Source: Camelus ferus (Eukaryota). Taken from it: a stretch of 64,000 bases of DNA. Positions 26,030 to 38,934 of this stretch are shown here, one piece after another (within the stretch, counting starts at the first letter, position 1; each line of letters starts with the position of its first letter). The stretch covers positions 74,152,001 to 74,216,000 of the forward strand of contig NC_045702.1 of the NCBI RefSeq assembly GCF_009834535.1, written 5' to 3'. The notes under the pieces were generated by a model. That model was not told where the DNA came from. It saw nothing but the letters and a program-made list of their open reading frames with translations, and did not search any database. The translations under genes and the position numbers were made by a program.

Positions 26030-26190
26030 CCGAGGCTAAAATCCCACAGCCTGCGTCCAGGTTTCAGCTCTGCTACTTTCTATTTATATGATCCTGGGCA
26101 GATTTCTTAGCTCCTGCAAACCTCGGGTTCCCCATTTATAAACTGGGCATTAGGTGGTTCCCGCCTCCTGGTGTTGTACGAGGACCAGGT
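26030..26190. mobile_element. MIR SINE
   Basis: ctctgctacttt...tgatcctgggcagatttcttagctcc...cctcgggttccccatttataaactggg. Confidence 0.7.
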
Positions 26191-26544
26191 GGGTCGGGGC
26201 GTGGACTAGAGGCCTCAGCACCCGCTGGTCATCGGTGCTGGTCATCGGTGCTGTACCATGTGCGAGGGCTCCCCAGAGACCTAGCTCTGGCTCTCAGAGC
26301 AGCCCTGCGGGAAAGGTACCGGGGATTCCACGTTACAGGACAAAGAAACAGAGGCTCAGAAAGGCTTCGTCACGTTCAGCTAGGAAGCAGCACAGCGCGA
26401 TTCCAGCCTCTGTCTCCTTGGGCTGGACCTGGCTTTTTGTGCTGTCTCCAGTCTGTATGTCCTCTCATGTCACTTCCACTCTCAGGAATGGCATTTGTCC
26501 TTCAGAGCTCCTCCCCCATGCCATCTTTTCTAAGGGGGTTATTC

Positions 26545-27105
26545 TTTTTATATTTTATTTTATTTTTTTTTTTAATTGAAGTGTAGTTGATTTCCAGTGT
26601 TAGCTTCAGGTGTACAGCAAAGTGATTCAGTTATACATATACATACACATATATTTTCAGATTATTTTCCATTGTAGCGTATTACAAGAAATTGAATATA
26701 GTTCCCTGTGCTACATAGTAGGTCCTTGTTTATCTGTTTTGTATAGAGTAGTGCTTATCTGTTAATTCCAAACTCCCAGTTTAATCCCTTCCCCTCTTTC
26801 CCCTTTGGTGACATTGTTTTCTATGTCTGTGAGTCTGTTTCTGGTTTGTAAATAAAATTTGTATCTTTTTTTTTGGATTCTACATATAAATGATATCATA
26901 TGATATTTGTCTTTCTCTGTCTGACTTAATTCACTTAATATGAATTCATGTTACTGCAAATGGTATTATTTCATTCTTATTTTAATGTATCAGACTTTTG
27001 TTTTTAATTTTTTTATTGAAGTATAGTCAGTTTACAATGTTGTGTCAATTTCTGGTGCACAGCACAATGTTTTGGTCTCATTCTTTTTTTTATGGCTGAA
27101 TAGTA
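26545..27105 (-). mobile_element. Artiodactyl L1 3' end carrying a nested younger L1 3' end (~26975-27075)
   Basis: Poly-T then attgaagtgtagttgattt...gttccctgtgctac...; second ttttattgaagtatagtcag copy inserted with a tcattctt-like duplicated target. Confidence 0.85.
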
Positions 27106-27795
27106 TTTAAGGGGGCTCTTTTGAGTCTCTCCTGATATGATGTTTTTCTCTCCCACAGATATGGCTTTCACCGCTTAGTGTTGAGTGTTGTTAGAGCCCT
27201 GCTCTGTGAGAGTTTGGGTAGCCATGTCCATGAGACTTCAGTTTGAGAGAGGACCTTTCTACCGAACTCCTAGGGATTTGCTATCAGACCATATCATTTT
27301 AGTTCTTCTTTTCTGTGACTTAGTCCAAGGAGGCTCCAAAAGCCTTTCTCTAGGGCATACCCAGAGCTTAGTCATATAAACTGTCCCCTTCTGGTTCAAA
27401 TCTTTTCTCCTTCAGCAAAATGGTCCCCATCCATCAGCCCTTTAGCGTGGGCATTTAGAGTTTGAAGCTCTTCTGTTAATTTGTCTATTTTGCCATTTAA
27501 CCGTAGAATTACAACCTATTAACCTATTAAACCATTTTTCATCCAGCAGGCCTTGCACTCTTTTTGCCCAGGAAGGCTTACAAGGTGGAGAGAATACATG
27601 CTTATTGGGAACTGACTACATACCCAGCAGAGTACTTAGTTGTGATAATACAAAGAAGGGACCTTAGACTTTGTCTTCAAGGAGCATTTATTGGACTCTA
27701 GGCACCAGGCACTGAGCTGAGTACTTTATCGCCATGGCGAGATCCATTCCCCCTGGTCTCTGACCATGTTTACCCTCCTGGGTCTCTCGTCCTAG

Positions 27796-27915
27796 GTTTT
27801 CACACTCTGCACACCATCCTTGGTGTCCACTGCCTCCCTTTGCATAACCTGCTGCATTACATTGACAACGGAGTGTTGCTTCTCACGGAAACAGCTGTCA
27901 CGAGGCTCATGAAAG
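27796..27915 (+). CDS. GSAP: GSAP coding exon (~27), GFHTLHTILGVHCLPLHNLLHYIDNGVLLLTETAVTRLMK
   Basis: cctag|GT TTT...AAA G|gtaag; 120 nt. Confidence 0.96.
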
Positions 27916-28800
27916 GTAAGGGGCTCAGAGTTTTCCAGAGGGCTTGTTCCAGTCCGAGCACCGCCAGGGCTGCCTTTGTGGGTGTGCGAGCTGTGTGGCC
28001 ACCCTGGTCCCTGCTGCCCTCAGAAGGGCCCCACACACAGTTTAATGCTCTGCATTGAATCTTAATATTCTTAACATCTGAACAGGGGCTTCTCATTTGC
28101 ATTTTGCAGTGGGCTCCACAACTACACAGCTGGTAATTGCTGAGACCAGTTCATTTCCTGTAACCATCTTTTGGGCCAAAGTGCTTTAGCCCTGCAGGAG
28201 GCCCCCGAGGGCTTCCCAGTCCACACACAGCTATTAGATTCCTTTTCTGTACATGAGGGCACTTGAGGAGAGGAGACTGAAGGCTTATTTCTCAAGAAAA
28301 TGTCATGAAATGGCTTCCTTTCAGCTGATTAACTCTGTCCTCTCGAAGTGAGACTTGAACTTTAAATAAGGTCTGTAGCGTAATGACTCTCAGCTAAATT
28401 ATTCACTTGTGGTATATTTTATAGATGAATTTTGTTAATATATATTGAATTATTTGCCATTCCTCAAGATGCCTTCTGTTTTAACTGTTTTAACACAAAG
28501 TAAAATTGCTTTATGACTGGAAGCCTAATACGGAGTCATGTTCCACGGTATACAGAAGCAACTTCATCAAGAAATCCTTTGTTTTTCTTTATTCAGAGAG
28601 AAATAAACTCATATTTTCGCAGCATTGTTAGGCTTGGCTTGAAATCCAAGGTTGGGACATGTGTTATCAGAATGAACCACTGAAGTAAGAGCTTGCTCAG
28701 GTGTCAGAATGAAGAGTTCTGGGATTTTTTTTTTCCTGTTTGTTTTGCTTTATTTGGAAAGCTTATTTGAAAATGTTACCAGTTTCTAACTTCCTTGTAG

Positions 28801-28862
28801 ACCTGGACAATACAGAGAAAAACGAAAAACTGAAATTCAGCATCATCGTGCGGCTTCCTCCG
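28801..28862 (+). CDS. GSAP: GSAP coding exon (~28), DLDNTEKNEKLKFSIIVRLPP
   Basis: ttgtag|AC CTG...CCG|gtaatc; 62 nt. Confidence 0.96.
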
Positions 28863-30069
28863 GTAATCCTGAAGTGCATTTTACTCTCTAAGCCTTGGCC
28901 CTTACCTCCTTCACTTTCCTCTTGCAAGAAGAGCATTTACTGGCTTTGGGCTAAAGTCAGCTGAATCGGTTCACTCTTCGGCCGTTTCCAAGAAACCCTG
29001 TCCATCTGCTGCGGCTGCTCCCGCGGGCCCAGCGCGGGCTCGCGCTCTGGCCTGTGCTGCCTTGGCACAGCCCGCCTAGAACGTTTAGCCGCTTTCTCCT
29101 CTTAGGAAACCGCTCTAATATTTACATCTGTGAGTCTGAGGGGAGGCAGAGGGGAAACACGTGCTTTTAGCGTTTAAACTGATAAGAAATTTAAACACAG
29201 GTCAGGTCAGAAGGTTCTGGAAGCTGCATTTCCTCCCACTGTTGTTTCCACCACGGCAGGAAAACATTCCCCAGCTGAAGGAAAAATGAGAAACACGAGG
29301 GAAAGGGCACTCCTTGTTTTGTGAGGGATATTAGATCTCTGAGTCAGAAATGCTGTGAAATTAAGAGATTTGATGGCAAGGTCTTCAGAGCCTCTGATTC
29401 TGCAGACCTCCTGGCCCTGAGAGCCGGGGCCGGCTCTGTGCTGTTTACATACCTCGAGCGCTTGTATCTCTGGCATGATCCTTCCACAAAGGGATGTCTG
29501 TTGCCTTTCTGTTGCCTTTCTGGACCTAATCGTCGTGCTTTGTAACACCCTCTCGCCCTCATAGGCTTAGTGAAACAAAGGCAAGAATAGAAAACAAAGC
29601 ATATTTTCCATGGCTAGCTCTCTCTGGGGAATGTCTCTGAACATTTACTTTCATCTCTAAATTTGATTTTTTTTTTGCCTTATACTCTTAGGGAATTAAA
29701 ATTTTCTGGGCAAGATGCTGGCAGAGTACATGCCAACAAGCTTTAGCTTCCTATCAACATATCATTAGGGTTGGCATACAGATACCCAGTTCTGAAGGTA
29801 GCAGATGAACTGCGTTTCAGAAAGAGTTTGGCAACATCAATGCATAAAATACTTTCCTCAGGGAAAGTTGCATTTAAAGGAACATTTATGCAAAATTCAG
29901 AAGCATACCTCATAGGAAATAATGGCCTTTCTCCAAGGGCCATTAACCATACAGAGACTGTCCTCTAGACTAACTACCTGCTTTGGAATAAATCTTTTAA
30001 AATTATGAGCAGATATGAGATAAATTAATGCTGTGTGAGCTATATTCTCCTCTCTGTATTTTTCCATCT

Positions 30070-30358
30070 TGTTATTATTGACTTAATTTTTTAGTGGAAC
30101 GTACAGAGATTTCTCACACAACCCCCCTTGCCCCCCACACATGCAGAGTCTCCCCCATTATTAACAACCCCCACCAGAGTGGTCCATTTGTTACAGTGGA
30201 TGAACCTACACCGACACATCACAATTCACCCGAAGTCCTTAGTTCACATTAGGGCTCAGTCTTGGTGTTGTTCATTCTGTGAGTTTGGACAAATGTATAA
30301 GGAGATACCTCATTGTAGTATCATACAGAGTATTTTCACTGCCCTAAAAACCCTCCTC
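30070..30358 (-). mobile_element. L1MB/L1MC-type 3' end
   Basis: cccccaccagagtggtccatttgttacagtggatgaacctacaccgacacatc...ttttcactgccctaaaaaccctc. Confidence 0.75.
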
Positions 30359-30385
30359 TAAATATTTTTCAATTTGCTAAAACAG

Positions 30386-30487
30386 CGTATTGGTCAGAAG
30401 ATCTGTCGACTTTGGGATCATCCTATGAGTTCTAACATTATTTCCCGGAACCATGTAAAGCGACTGCTTCAAGACTATAGCAAACAG
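30386..30487 (+). CDS. GSAP: GSAP coding exon (~29), RIGQKICRLWDHPMSSNIISRNHVKRLLQDYSKQ
   Basis: aaacag|CGT...CAG|gtgagt; 102 nt. Confidence 0.96.
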
Positions 30488-30646
30488 GTGAGTCCGTGTG
30501 GAGCACAGCCCCACCAAACGTTTTTTGGAGTCTCTTCACCAGCCATTTCAACTTACCCATATGGGCAGCAATGGTCGTTCTCATCACTTTAAGTCTGTGC
30601 TTGTTTTGGAGAATCAACTGATACCAGAGTGGTTTTTCTCTTTTAG

Positions 30647-30746
30647 CCTCGGAGTTCTGTGATGGACAAGTCATCTTTCAGTTTAGAGTTTCTGCCTCTG
30701 AACTACTTCATTGAAATACTGACAGATGTCGAGTCCTCCAATCCAG
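30647..30746 (+). CDS. GSAP: GSAP coding exon (~30), PRSSVMDKSSFSLEFLPLNYFIEILTDVESSNP
   Basis: ttttag|CCT...CCA G|gtcagt; 100 nt. Confidence 0.96.
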
Positions 30747-31148
30747 GTCAGTCAGTCCTCTGCTTTCAGGGTTTTCCTGTTTTTCCCCTCACTCCCATCA
30801 GCTCCTGCTCACTTCTGTGTACCCTTTTCTTGCCAAAATATCCCTTACTGATAAGTAGGATCTTATTGCAATTGGTTTTGATTAGCAATACACAATTTTA
30901 CTACCCAGAGTAAATTACCAAAGGAATAAAACACCTTTCAAGTTCTAAAAGGATTGAGGTTAAAAACCCATTTGGTTGGTGTGAATGGCCTTTCGCGGTG
31001 CTCAGGTTGAGTACATTTTAACAACACATTCTCAGAACAATGTGTTTTACTAAAATATGAAATAATTATGAACTCAATGAGGTGTGGGCACAATGTTATA
31101 AATGTTCTGTGGCTTCATCATAACTCTTCCCTCTCCCTTTCTTTTCAG

Positions 31149-31240
31149 CTCTGTATGCTTTTGAAGGACATGACAACGTCGATGCAAAATTTGTAGAGGA
31201 AGCGGCTCTGAAACACACCACAATGCTTTTAGGCTTATAA
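31149..31240 (+). CDS. GSAP: GSAP last coding exon (~31), ALYAFEGHDNVDAKFVEEAALKHTTMLLGL*
   Basis: tttcag|CT CTG...TTA TAA; C-terminus matches recalled human GSAP ...EEAALKHTAMLLGL. Confidence 0.96.
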
Positions 31241-31872
31241 AAGAGAAAATGAAATTCTATGAGCTTCCAGTATTTTAATGTTGCTCATTAGCTCTACTCC
31301 TGTTGAGAATTCTTTAGCACTATCATAAACTGGTAATCGAAATCAGAATGCATTGTTGAGTCTCTGATTTTCAGTTTGGTACTTGCTCACTCGGAGCTGG
31401 ATTATGCTTCATCCTTTTTCGACCAGCAGGTAAGCGGTCAAGTATAGAGAAATGACAGCCTGTCCAAGGGGCCAACCAGTGGCATAAATGATCCTCTTCT
31501 TAGTGGCTTATCTTCCTCGTGGCTTTAGAGGCCAAAAGCTAGTTTCTATTGTACTCTGAAATTAAATATTCTTTAAAAATGTAGGAACAGTGCTTAGACA
31601 AACAAAAACTAGATGTGTCATTGAAAATAACATATGACAAGCAGAAAAATTAAATGTTGCTTAAAAACTCTATTCGGAAGGAGGAAACTTTTTAAAAAAC
31701 TGAATTTGGACTAAGTCAAGCCTGCTAGTTCCAGGATAGAAAGATTTGTGACATACAACACTTTGCACATACATAGAGTAGGAGTTGCCTTTGTGATGGT
31801 TCAGATGGAACTCTATTTAATATTGTAAAGTTATTTTTATATTATAAAAGTTTGATTTGGTAATGTCCTGTC

Positions 31873-31878
31873 ATTAAA
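31873..31878 (+). terminator. GSAP: Candidate GSAP polyadenylation signal ATTAAA
   Basis: ATTAAA about 630 nt after the stop codon; it runs into a genomic A17 tract, so the true cleavage site is uncertain. Confidence 0.5.
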
Positions 31879-32059
31879 AAAAAAAAAAAAAAGCTGATAG
31901 TTTCAGCTTGACTCCTTATTCTTTGAAGGTAGCCTTTTTATTCCAGCCAAGATTCAGGAGTCCATGAGCATGTTCCCCAAAGTCCCCCATGACACCTAGT
32001 GAGTTCTTCCACATTTCCTTTTTCACTTCTCTCTTCTACAGTGACTTTGTTCTGACCAT

Positions 32060-32760
32060 AAATACAGTTGCTGCCTGAGGTCAGCCCATAACCCTTTGCT
32101 TTTCTCTCTTCATACTGTTTCCCTTAGTGAACTTGTGAAATTCTAATGATTATAAATACCACTAGCAGTATAATAATTTAACTTTTCTAAAACCATCATT
32201 GTATTCTAAAAATTGTCTTATTCTAAAGAATTTCCCTTTTGGGGCAAGTATTTCATGGTCACTGAGGCTCAAAATCTTGAAGCCACAACAGCAATGCAGC
32301 ACTGGTTTTTCCTCTTGATAAGGTCATTGTTTTTCATTCCCTATGCTTTGCTTTTCACACCTGGGTTGTTTCAGTTGCTTTCTGAAGTCTAATTCATCTG
32401 ATGCATATCTGAGATAAACACTCGTTTGATCCTGTCACCTCTTGGCTCATAACTCTTCAGTAACTTGCCATTTATTACAGGATACAATCCAAACTCCTTT
32501 ACATTCAAGATCTCCCAAGTCCTGGTGTTGAAATACAATTCTCCAGTACGAGCAGCCTGTTGCAACCAGGCTGACTCGCCGGGCCTTGCACACAGCTGCT
32601 GTCTTCTCACCTCCAGTCCTTGCTTAGGCTCTTTCCCCTACCTGGAATCCCCTCTGCACTCTTAAAATCTCATTTATGCTTAAGGCCAGATAAAAAGTTG
32701 CACTGACTGTGATCCCTGGTCATTCCAGCACACAGTGGCACCCTTGCCCTCTGGACCACT
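32060..32760. mobile_element. L2 fragments in the GSAP-CCDC146 intergenic gap
   Basis: L2-like phrases (ccttgcacacagctg...cctggaatcc...ctcatttatgcttaaggc). Confidence 0.45.
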
Positions 32761-33748
32761 GAGCGCACATTGTAATATTTAAGCACCCATCCCTTTGTGA
32801 TTTTTAAAAATTATTTTTCCTTCTCATAGTGCTAAACTTCCTACGTGTTTACTTTTCGAATCCCTAATGTGATTACTGATTCTTACAACAAGGGAACTGT
32901 GTGTAAGCGTGCCACGTTTCCTTGCATTGACCACACAGTTTATACAGTGGTACCTGTCACGGGCACGCCCAAGGAACTGCTTTTTAATGACTTCGCAAAG
33001 CCATCAGGTTAGATTCAGGACTTGCAGACTGAGAATGAGGTTTAATTTCCCTCCAGTCTATCATGATGGAGGCTTGGAACAGATTTTGTTTGATTTAGCA
33101 AAATTAAAGAATGTGATATTTCTCACTGCCAGAGTTGTGAAATAAAATTCGTAACATAACAATATGAAATAACAATAGTTTGAGCATATTAATGAATGTA
33201 AAACCACAGGTTTCAAATCTACTTGTGTATTTTCCTAGGAGAAAATAAGTAAGATTAGGAAAATATACTTGGGTGAAATGCAGTAAAAATAGAGTGATGA
33301 AATAAGTGGAACTAGTCTTATTTTCAACTCGTTCACATGCAGTTTTAAGTATTTTCATTGAAGGTTTGAAAAATCTGGTATCGAAACTTAATCACACATT
33401 AATTTGCATATAATATTGTGAAAAATCTAGATTTATAAGAAAGACGAATTAGGGCATAATTATTTTTGCACAAAAGGATTATTGATAAAAAGAATCACCA
33501 TAACATTACTTAAAAAAAGCTTCCCTACTGCTATTTACTCAATTCAGATTTCCTGGCATCAACTTCTAATGTAACTTTATTTAACAAAGTGAGTTATGCC
33601 CCTGTGTTACTTGGATATTTTTCTTTTCAATCACTTTTTTCTCTTCAAAATGAGTATGTTAAACAGGATTTGCTTTTTTTTTTTTTTTTTTTTTGCTTTA
33701 AAAAACAAAGCACCACTCTGCTGATTTCTGTACTTTGTTGAAAAGGTA

Positions 33749-33760
33749 TTTATTTTTATT
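33749..33760 (-). terminator. CCDC146: Tandem AATAAA signals, candidate CCDC146 polyadenylation site
   Basis: Two TTTATT on + (33749-33754, 33755-33760), about 240 nt downstream of the CCDC146 stop. Confidence 0.65.
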
Positions 33761-33994
33761 GCATTTTTTGAGCACTCAGTCTTACTATGTATTTCTGAAA
33801 GGTCATCGATAGATAGAATGAAAAAGAAAGAAATTGATGAATATGAAAGAAGGAAGCATGTTGTTCTCTGTTGGGTAACTGTGGATATCGAGTTTGTCTG
33901 TAATTTAGGGCTATTTTGCTGACATCTTCCAGCTGTGCATACGAAGAAGCCTGCTTGAAGTGTCTCCTTGAGGAATCTGGATTGGTTCCCATAT

Positions 33995-34198
33995 TCAGAT
34001 TTCAATTGGTTTTATAACGGGTTTCCTTATGTGCCTCATGTTGGCCCCAGGTTCACTGGGCTTAAAAGGAGCCAAAGCGCCATACGGTTTCGGCAGAGGA
34101 AGAGTGGCCTCTGCCTCTGGGATGTAGGCAGTTGGACGCGGCTCTGCAGTTGTGTAAACACCGTTGGGCAGCTGGCGATTTTCTGCTTCCAAGAGCTC
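33995..34198 (-). CDS. CCDC146: CCDC146 last coding exon (~19), [22 protein letters not shown]...[12 protein letters not shown]
   Basis: tttgcag|GAG...TGA; 204 nt; matches recalled human CCDC146 C-terminus. Confidence 0.96.
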   Translation of the reverse strand, partial: ELLEAENRQLPNGVYTTAEPRPTAYIPEAEATLPLPKPYGALAPFKPSEPGANMRHIRKPVIKPIEI

Positions 34199-35519
34199 CT
34201 GCAAAGAATGATTTATCCTTTTCAGATTTTGAAAACTCTGGTAAAGTCACTCTGTTCTCAGGGCCCAACAGACACAGCTGTGTCTGAGCAGCCTTAGGCT
34301 GTGCTGCCAACACTCTCCAGAGGGACAGGAGGGCATGAGGGTGGAGCCGGCAAACAAGCACGCCCGTGCGCGCACCGTGCATCTCATTGGAATGACCAGT
34401 GTTGCTCAAGCATCACTCTGTTCCTGGGGTTTAGGGTTTATCGTAAACTGGTTGGTGGGGCCTAAATTCACCGTATTCCAAACTCAGCATCTTTCATCAA
34501 GCACTAATTATTACCATGTTTTTGACAAAGGCAGGACAATCTATTTCCTTTGGTTGGTCATTGGTGAGTGAATGGTGCAAAGGAAGGGATAAGGAGTAAA
34601 GCAGAACCAGAGGAGAGAAGCGGTCAGCAGCTTGCTCTGAGCCTCAGGAGTCTGCCTGTGCTGCTGGAAGATGGAGGAGTCTTTTATAGCTTAAAAAGAA
34701 CTCGAAAAATGGAGACAGGTGAATGACAGCTGGGACACCACAGGTAAAATCTGAATCCCCTCAAAAATACAGTTCCAGACAGTGTGGGAATTACAAATCA
34801 GACTCTGTGTTCAGGAATTCCTAGTTTGTGTTTAGAATGCACCTTGTTCTTGGGTCAGGGGGTGCACAGGGATCCTTTGGGGGATGTCTTCTCCATGCAG
34901 TCTCCTTAGAAAGAGCTGCCTAATTCTATTCTAAGACTATTGAAAAGTCATGGGAGTAGGAATAAGAACTGGGCCCCCAGCGTGTAGGTAGAGTCAGTGA
35001 CAGGATGGAGCCAGGGATAGACTTAGGCCAGTGGTGGGAGAAGAAGGGTGGCACTGAAGCCTAAGCACAGCTTCTGCACCAGGTGCAGAGTCTGCAGGAG
35101 GCTGTGACAACTGTAATGTGCTGTGCTGGCCACAGCAGATGGACCTGGGAGAATGAGGTCTGGTCTGAGTAGGGCTGCAAAGACAGAGATTAGAGACCTG
35201 TGGATAAAACAGTGCCAGCCTGGTCGCTGTCACACCAGTCGGAGGCCCTGGTGTTCACAACCCCAGCCCAGATGTAAGATTGTCAGGTGGGACTCGGTGC
35301 CTGCCAGGTGTTTTCCAGGGAATATTAATGACACTTGGAAACTAGTGTACTTAGACTTGCCTACATAATATCTTAAGAAAGCAAAACTTCTTTCTAGTGA
35401 CTGTTGGGACTATGTGTGTGGTAGAATGGAAATTATTCTGTGTTTTGGGAGGACCGACACCCCTGAAAACAGCCCTTCTTTGCACACTTTATGAATGCGA
35501 TATAGGGGCCATAGCTTAC

Positions 35520-35768
35520 CCGCGACTTTTCAGCGATGGCCAGGGCGTACATTTCTTCATCTCGAAGTACTTTCAGCCATTCTCTCTCAATCTCTTTATT
35601 GAGCGGCAGACCCTTTTCCATCCTGGAGTTGCAGTTAAGGATGAAGTCTTCTTTCTCCTTGACTTCCTTTTGGAGTTCAATGGCCATAGCTTGCCTCATG
35701 GACAGCTCAGCAACAAGAGCCATCATTTTTTCAGTGGCATCTTTGATCTTTTTCTGGTAGCCAGTCAT
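35520..35768 (-). CDS. CCDC146: CCDC146 exon (~18), [23 protein letters not shown]...AIAEKSR
   Basis: ttctag|ATG...CGG|gtaagc; 249 nt. Confidence 0.96.
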
Positions 35769-37089
35769 CTAGAATTAAAAAGCTCAGGGCTTAGCCTGTG
35801 TGTACATTCCACGGAGACCTGAAGAAGATGGAGGGCTGCTGGATGTATTGAGGGGAATGGTTTAGTGTCTCTGTTTTCAAGAGACAGTGAAGGACAGGGG
35901 AAAGGGTGTTTTTGATGTCTTAAGTTCTAGCCTAATTTTGCCATGTTACTGGTTTATCACTTACCGAGGGGGAAAAATCCAGTAGGACAGAATTATATTC
36001 ATTATTCGTTGCTTAAATAAGATAATCAGCATCTGTAATGATTTTTGATGGAAACTATCACACCTCAGTGTGTTCATATTATTGACCATAATTCCTGGGG
36101 TGCACCTTTATGAGTTCATAAGCAAGCATGAGCTGAGCTGGATAAATCTGACCAGTAATTTGAAATGAAATGTTTCTAGTTGTATGTGCGAATGTGTGTG
36201 CTTTTCTTTTCTTATCAGCTATATATTATCAAAGAATTAAAAAGTAAGACTAAGTGGAAAAATTGATTTTAAAAGACAGAAAAGAAGTAAAATTGGAACT
36301 AGTGGTTCCTGTAAGCCTCTGGCCCACAGCACGGCCTTTCAGTGTGGCTGTCACCCTGGTGGGGCTGTGAGTGGTGCCTCCTCCCAGCCGCCAGCACCCA
36401 CTGTCCTATTACCTAGCCTTGTTTTGTCTTCATATCCTTTCACTACTGACTTTATAGTATATATGTACTTAGTTATTTGGTTATAACCTGTCATCCCACA
36501 AACACATACTCTTTTTAAGGACAAGGACTATATGTTTTATTCATCATGTTCCCAGTGCTTAGAACATAGAGGCAAAGTTTAAACTGAGTATTTGTTGAAT
36601 AAAGGAAGGAATAAATTCTTAGTCTCTTTTAACTGTTCAGTCCTTTGAACCAAGGTAAAATGAGACACAAATATGAGCTTCCAAAAACTACACCTGACCT
36701 TAGAATATGTTCTTTGCTTAATAGAGCATTTGCTGGTCTGTACATTTGCTTACAGAAACATCGCTTACAGAACATTGTTCACCTGTCTGAAAATGTAATG
36801 ACTGGTTATTCCGTGCAAACTTTGTCTCTTTAAGGGAATAGGGAATAGAAATTTTTAATGACTCGTCTGTACGACACTAACTTTCAGGAAGCATATTTTG
36901 AGTAGAAATGACTGCCATTCAAAGCTTCAATGATGAATCAATCATTATCTCTATTTTAAATTTTATTAATTAATCAGCCATTGTACATGTGAGTGTGTGT
37001 ATAACTAGCCAACCTCCCTTCTCCTCCATAAATCAAAAAAACAGATGGTATTATTCTGGGTTCTCTAAGTCTTTGCTGAGAGTTCCCAT

Positions 37090-37340
37090 ATTCTGTTCAT
37101 TTGGGAAACTTGTAAGAGGAGCCATAAGCTCGCTTGGAAAGATGAGAGACTTGAGATGTGCAACCCTGTGGAGCACCTGCAAGGGGCCGGGCCACTGTGG
37201 TCGACTTTGTAATGCTGGCAACCCCTTTAGCTGATATCACACCCATTTCACAGATCAGGAAACTCAGGCTTAAGATCATTTCTGTATCATTTTGTGGTCG
37301 TTTGCTAGTGTTGGTAAATCACAGATCTGGGATCTGAATG
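37090..37340. mobile_element. MIR SINE
   Basis: cccatttcacagatcaggaaactcaggcttaag...gatctgggatctgaat. Confidence 0.7.
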
Positions 37341-38796
37341 TCTTTCTACCTAAGCTCTGCCTACTATGAGAAGATTATTTTAAATGGAATGGGTTGGCAG
37401 AGGGGGAGCCAGGTAGAGAGCAAGGAAGGTGGGCAAAGGAAAGGAGAGATAAATCACAAGGACAGGACTCCGTTATGCTGGAACCGTCCCCACTGTGAGA
37501 ATGGTCTCTGCGGCCACCACTTTGCATTTCTCTGGCGTTAGGGTTGACTTCTGGAGAGACTCTGCCATCAGCTTGGGTAAGCCAGCACAAACTGACTTCC
37601 TCCAAAGAAAGGGAAATTCATTTTGCAAAAGGAAGGCAGGCAACATTTAAAGAACTTCGGACTTGCTAATTCAGGCCTAGTTCATGAGTCTAAAAAAGTC
37701 TTAGCATTTCTTATTTTATGAGGTAAGGCTGTGTATTGCACAAGTGCTGCTGGAGCGATCAGTCTGTTAGTGGAAGTGGTCAGAGCAGGAGGTAAATGCC
37801 AAACACGAATGGCCAAGAAGGCTTGAGATTTACAATAATTTCCTATTTATTCAGTGTGCCAGAACTGTTTCTAAAAACAAGACTTACCCAATAAATGTTT
37901 TTCTAGAGTTTCCCAACATGAGGCATTGGGAAAATTAAGAATGAGGAGCAGTCACTGTCATCAGGAGCCCACAGTTGGGGGTGTGGGTGTCACCATTATA
38001 TATGGTGTCTTCTTAACTGTCTCCCCCACGGGATGCTGTGGACAGTGTGTCCCTCTCCCTTTTGCACAGCAGCTCCAGTAACTGTTGCTGATGACTAAAG
38101 TTCCTGTGCTGTCACAGAGGGAGGCCCGGCGGGCAGCCGACCCTCTGACGCCCTATGGGGTGAGGTCCTGCTGTGTCTGAATCACCAGCCTCCCTCCTGC
38201 TGGCTGCTCCTACACTTCTAGAAGTCTCAGCCTGACTGTTAGGATCAGTAGTCCCAGTATTTGAAGCTTATGAAATGAGAAGCTCCACATGACTAGCCTT
38301 TCCTCACTAGTGGGGCTAGTGGTGGCTCCACCCCAGGGTGTAATAGGCCAGGTGTTGTGTGACTGCTCTCTTTAATGGTCCCCTTCATGGCTGGGTTCCG
38401 GCTGACTTCGGGATTAGGGCAGTTCCCTTGCTGACCCCTGGATAAGGGAGGCCCCCTTCACAAGGAACTAGAAAGGATTTAACGTGGCACATGAAACATG
38501 AAGATAATAACCGTTGTATTTGAGCAGGTACCCTGTTGAATGAAACGTGTATACCGTCACTGAAAAGCTTAGGTTTTCCCGCTACAAAGTGAATTCATTC
38601 GGAGAACAAGACTAAAACTTATTGTGGACAATTCTCTAAGAGTCATTTTTACATTTTTAATTTTACTTCTTTGTATTTCCCTAGTCATAAAACCTAATCT
38701 CTCCAGGGCTTCTCTCAATAGATGAAGCCATCTGTGGAAAATGGAAGGTGACAGAGGGGGAAGGGTAGAAAGGAGGAGGCAGGGACGTGGACGGAC

Positions 38797-38934
38797 CTTC
38801 TTGGCTAAGAGCAGTGTGTCCTGCTTGCAGGCCTGAGTTTTGCTGCAGAGCCTGTCTGTGAGCCGGGAAACCTGTTCATAGATGAAATCCTTCTCCAGCA
38901 GCTTCTCCTCCTTCTTGGCCAACTGTAGTTCCAG
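38797..38934 (-). CDS. CCDC146: CCDC146 exon (~17), [21 protein letters not shown]...LLAKK
   Basis: ccatag|CTG...AAG|gtccgt; 138 nt. Confidence 0.95.

Noticed and set aside
26227-26254. Short tandem duplications (13-bp unit here; others near 20221, 23666, 29497, 52125)
   Set aside because: Two-copy micro-duplications typical of replication slippage; not CRISPR-like (no spacers or array).
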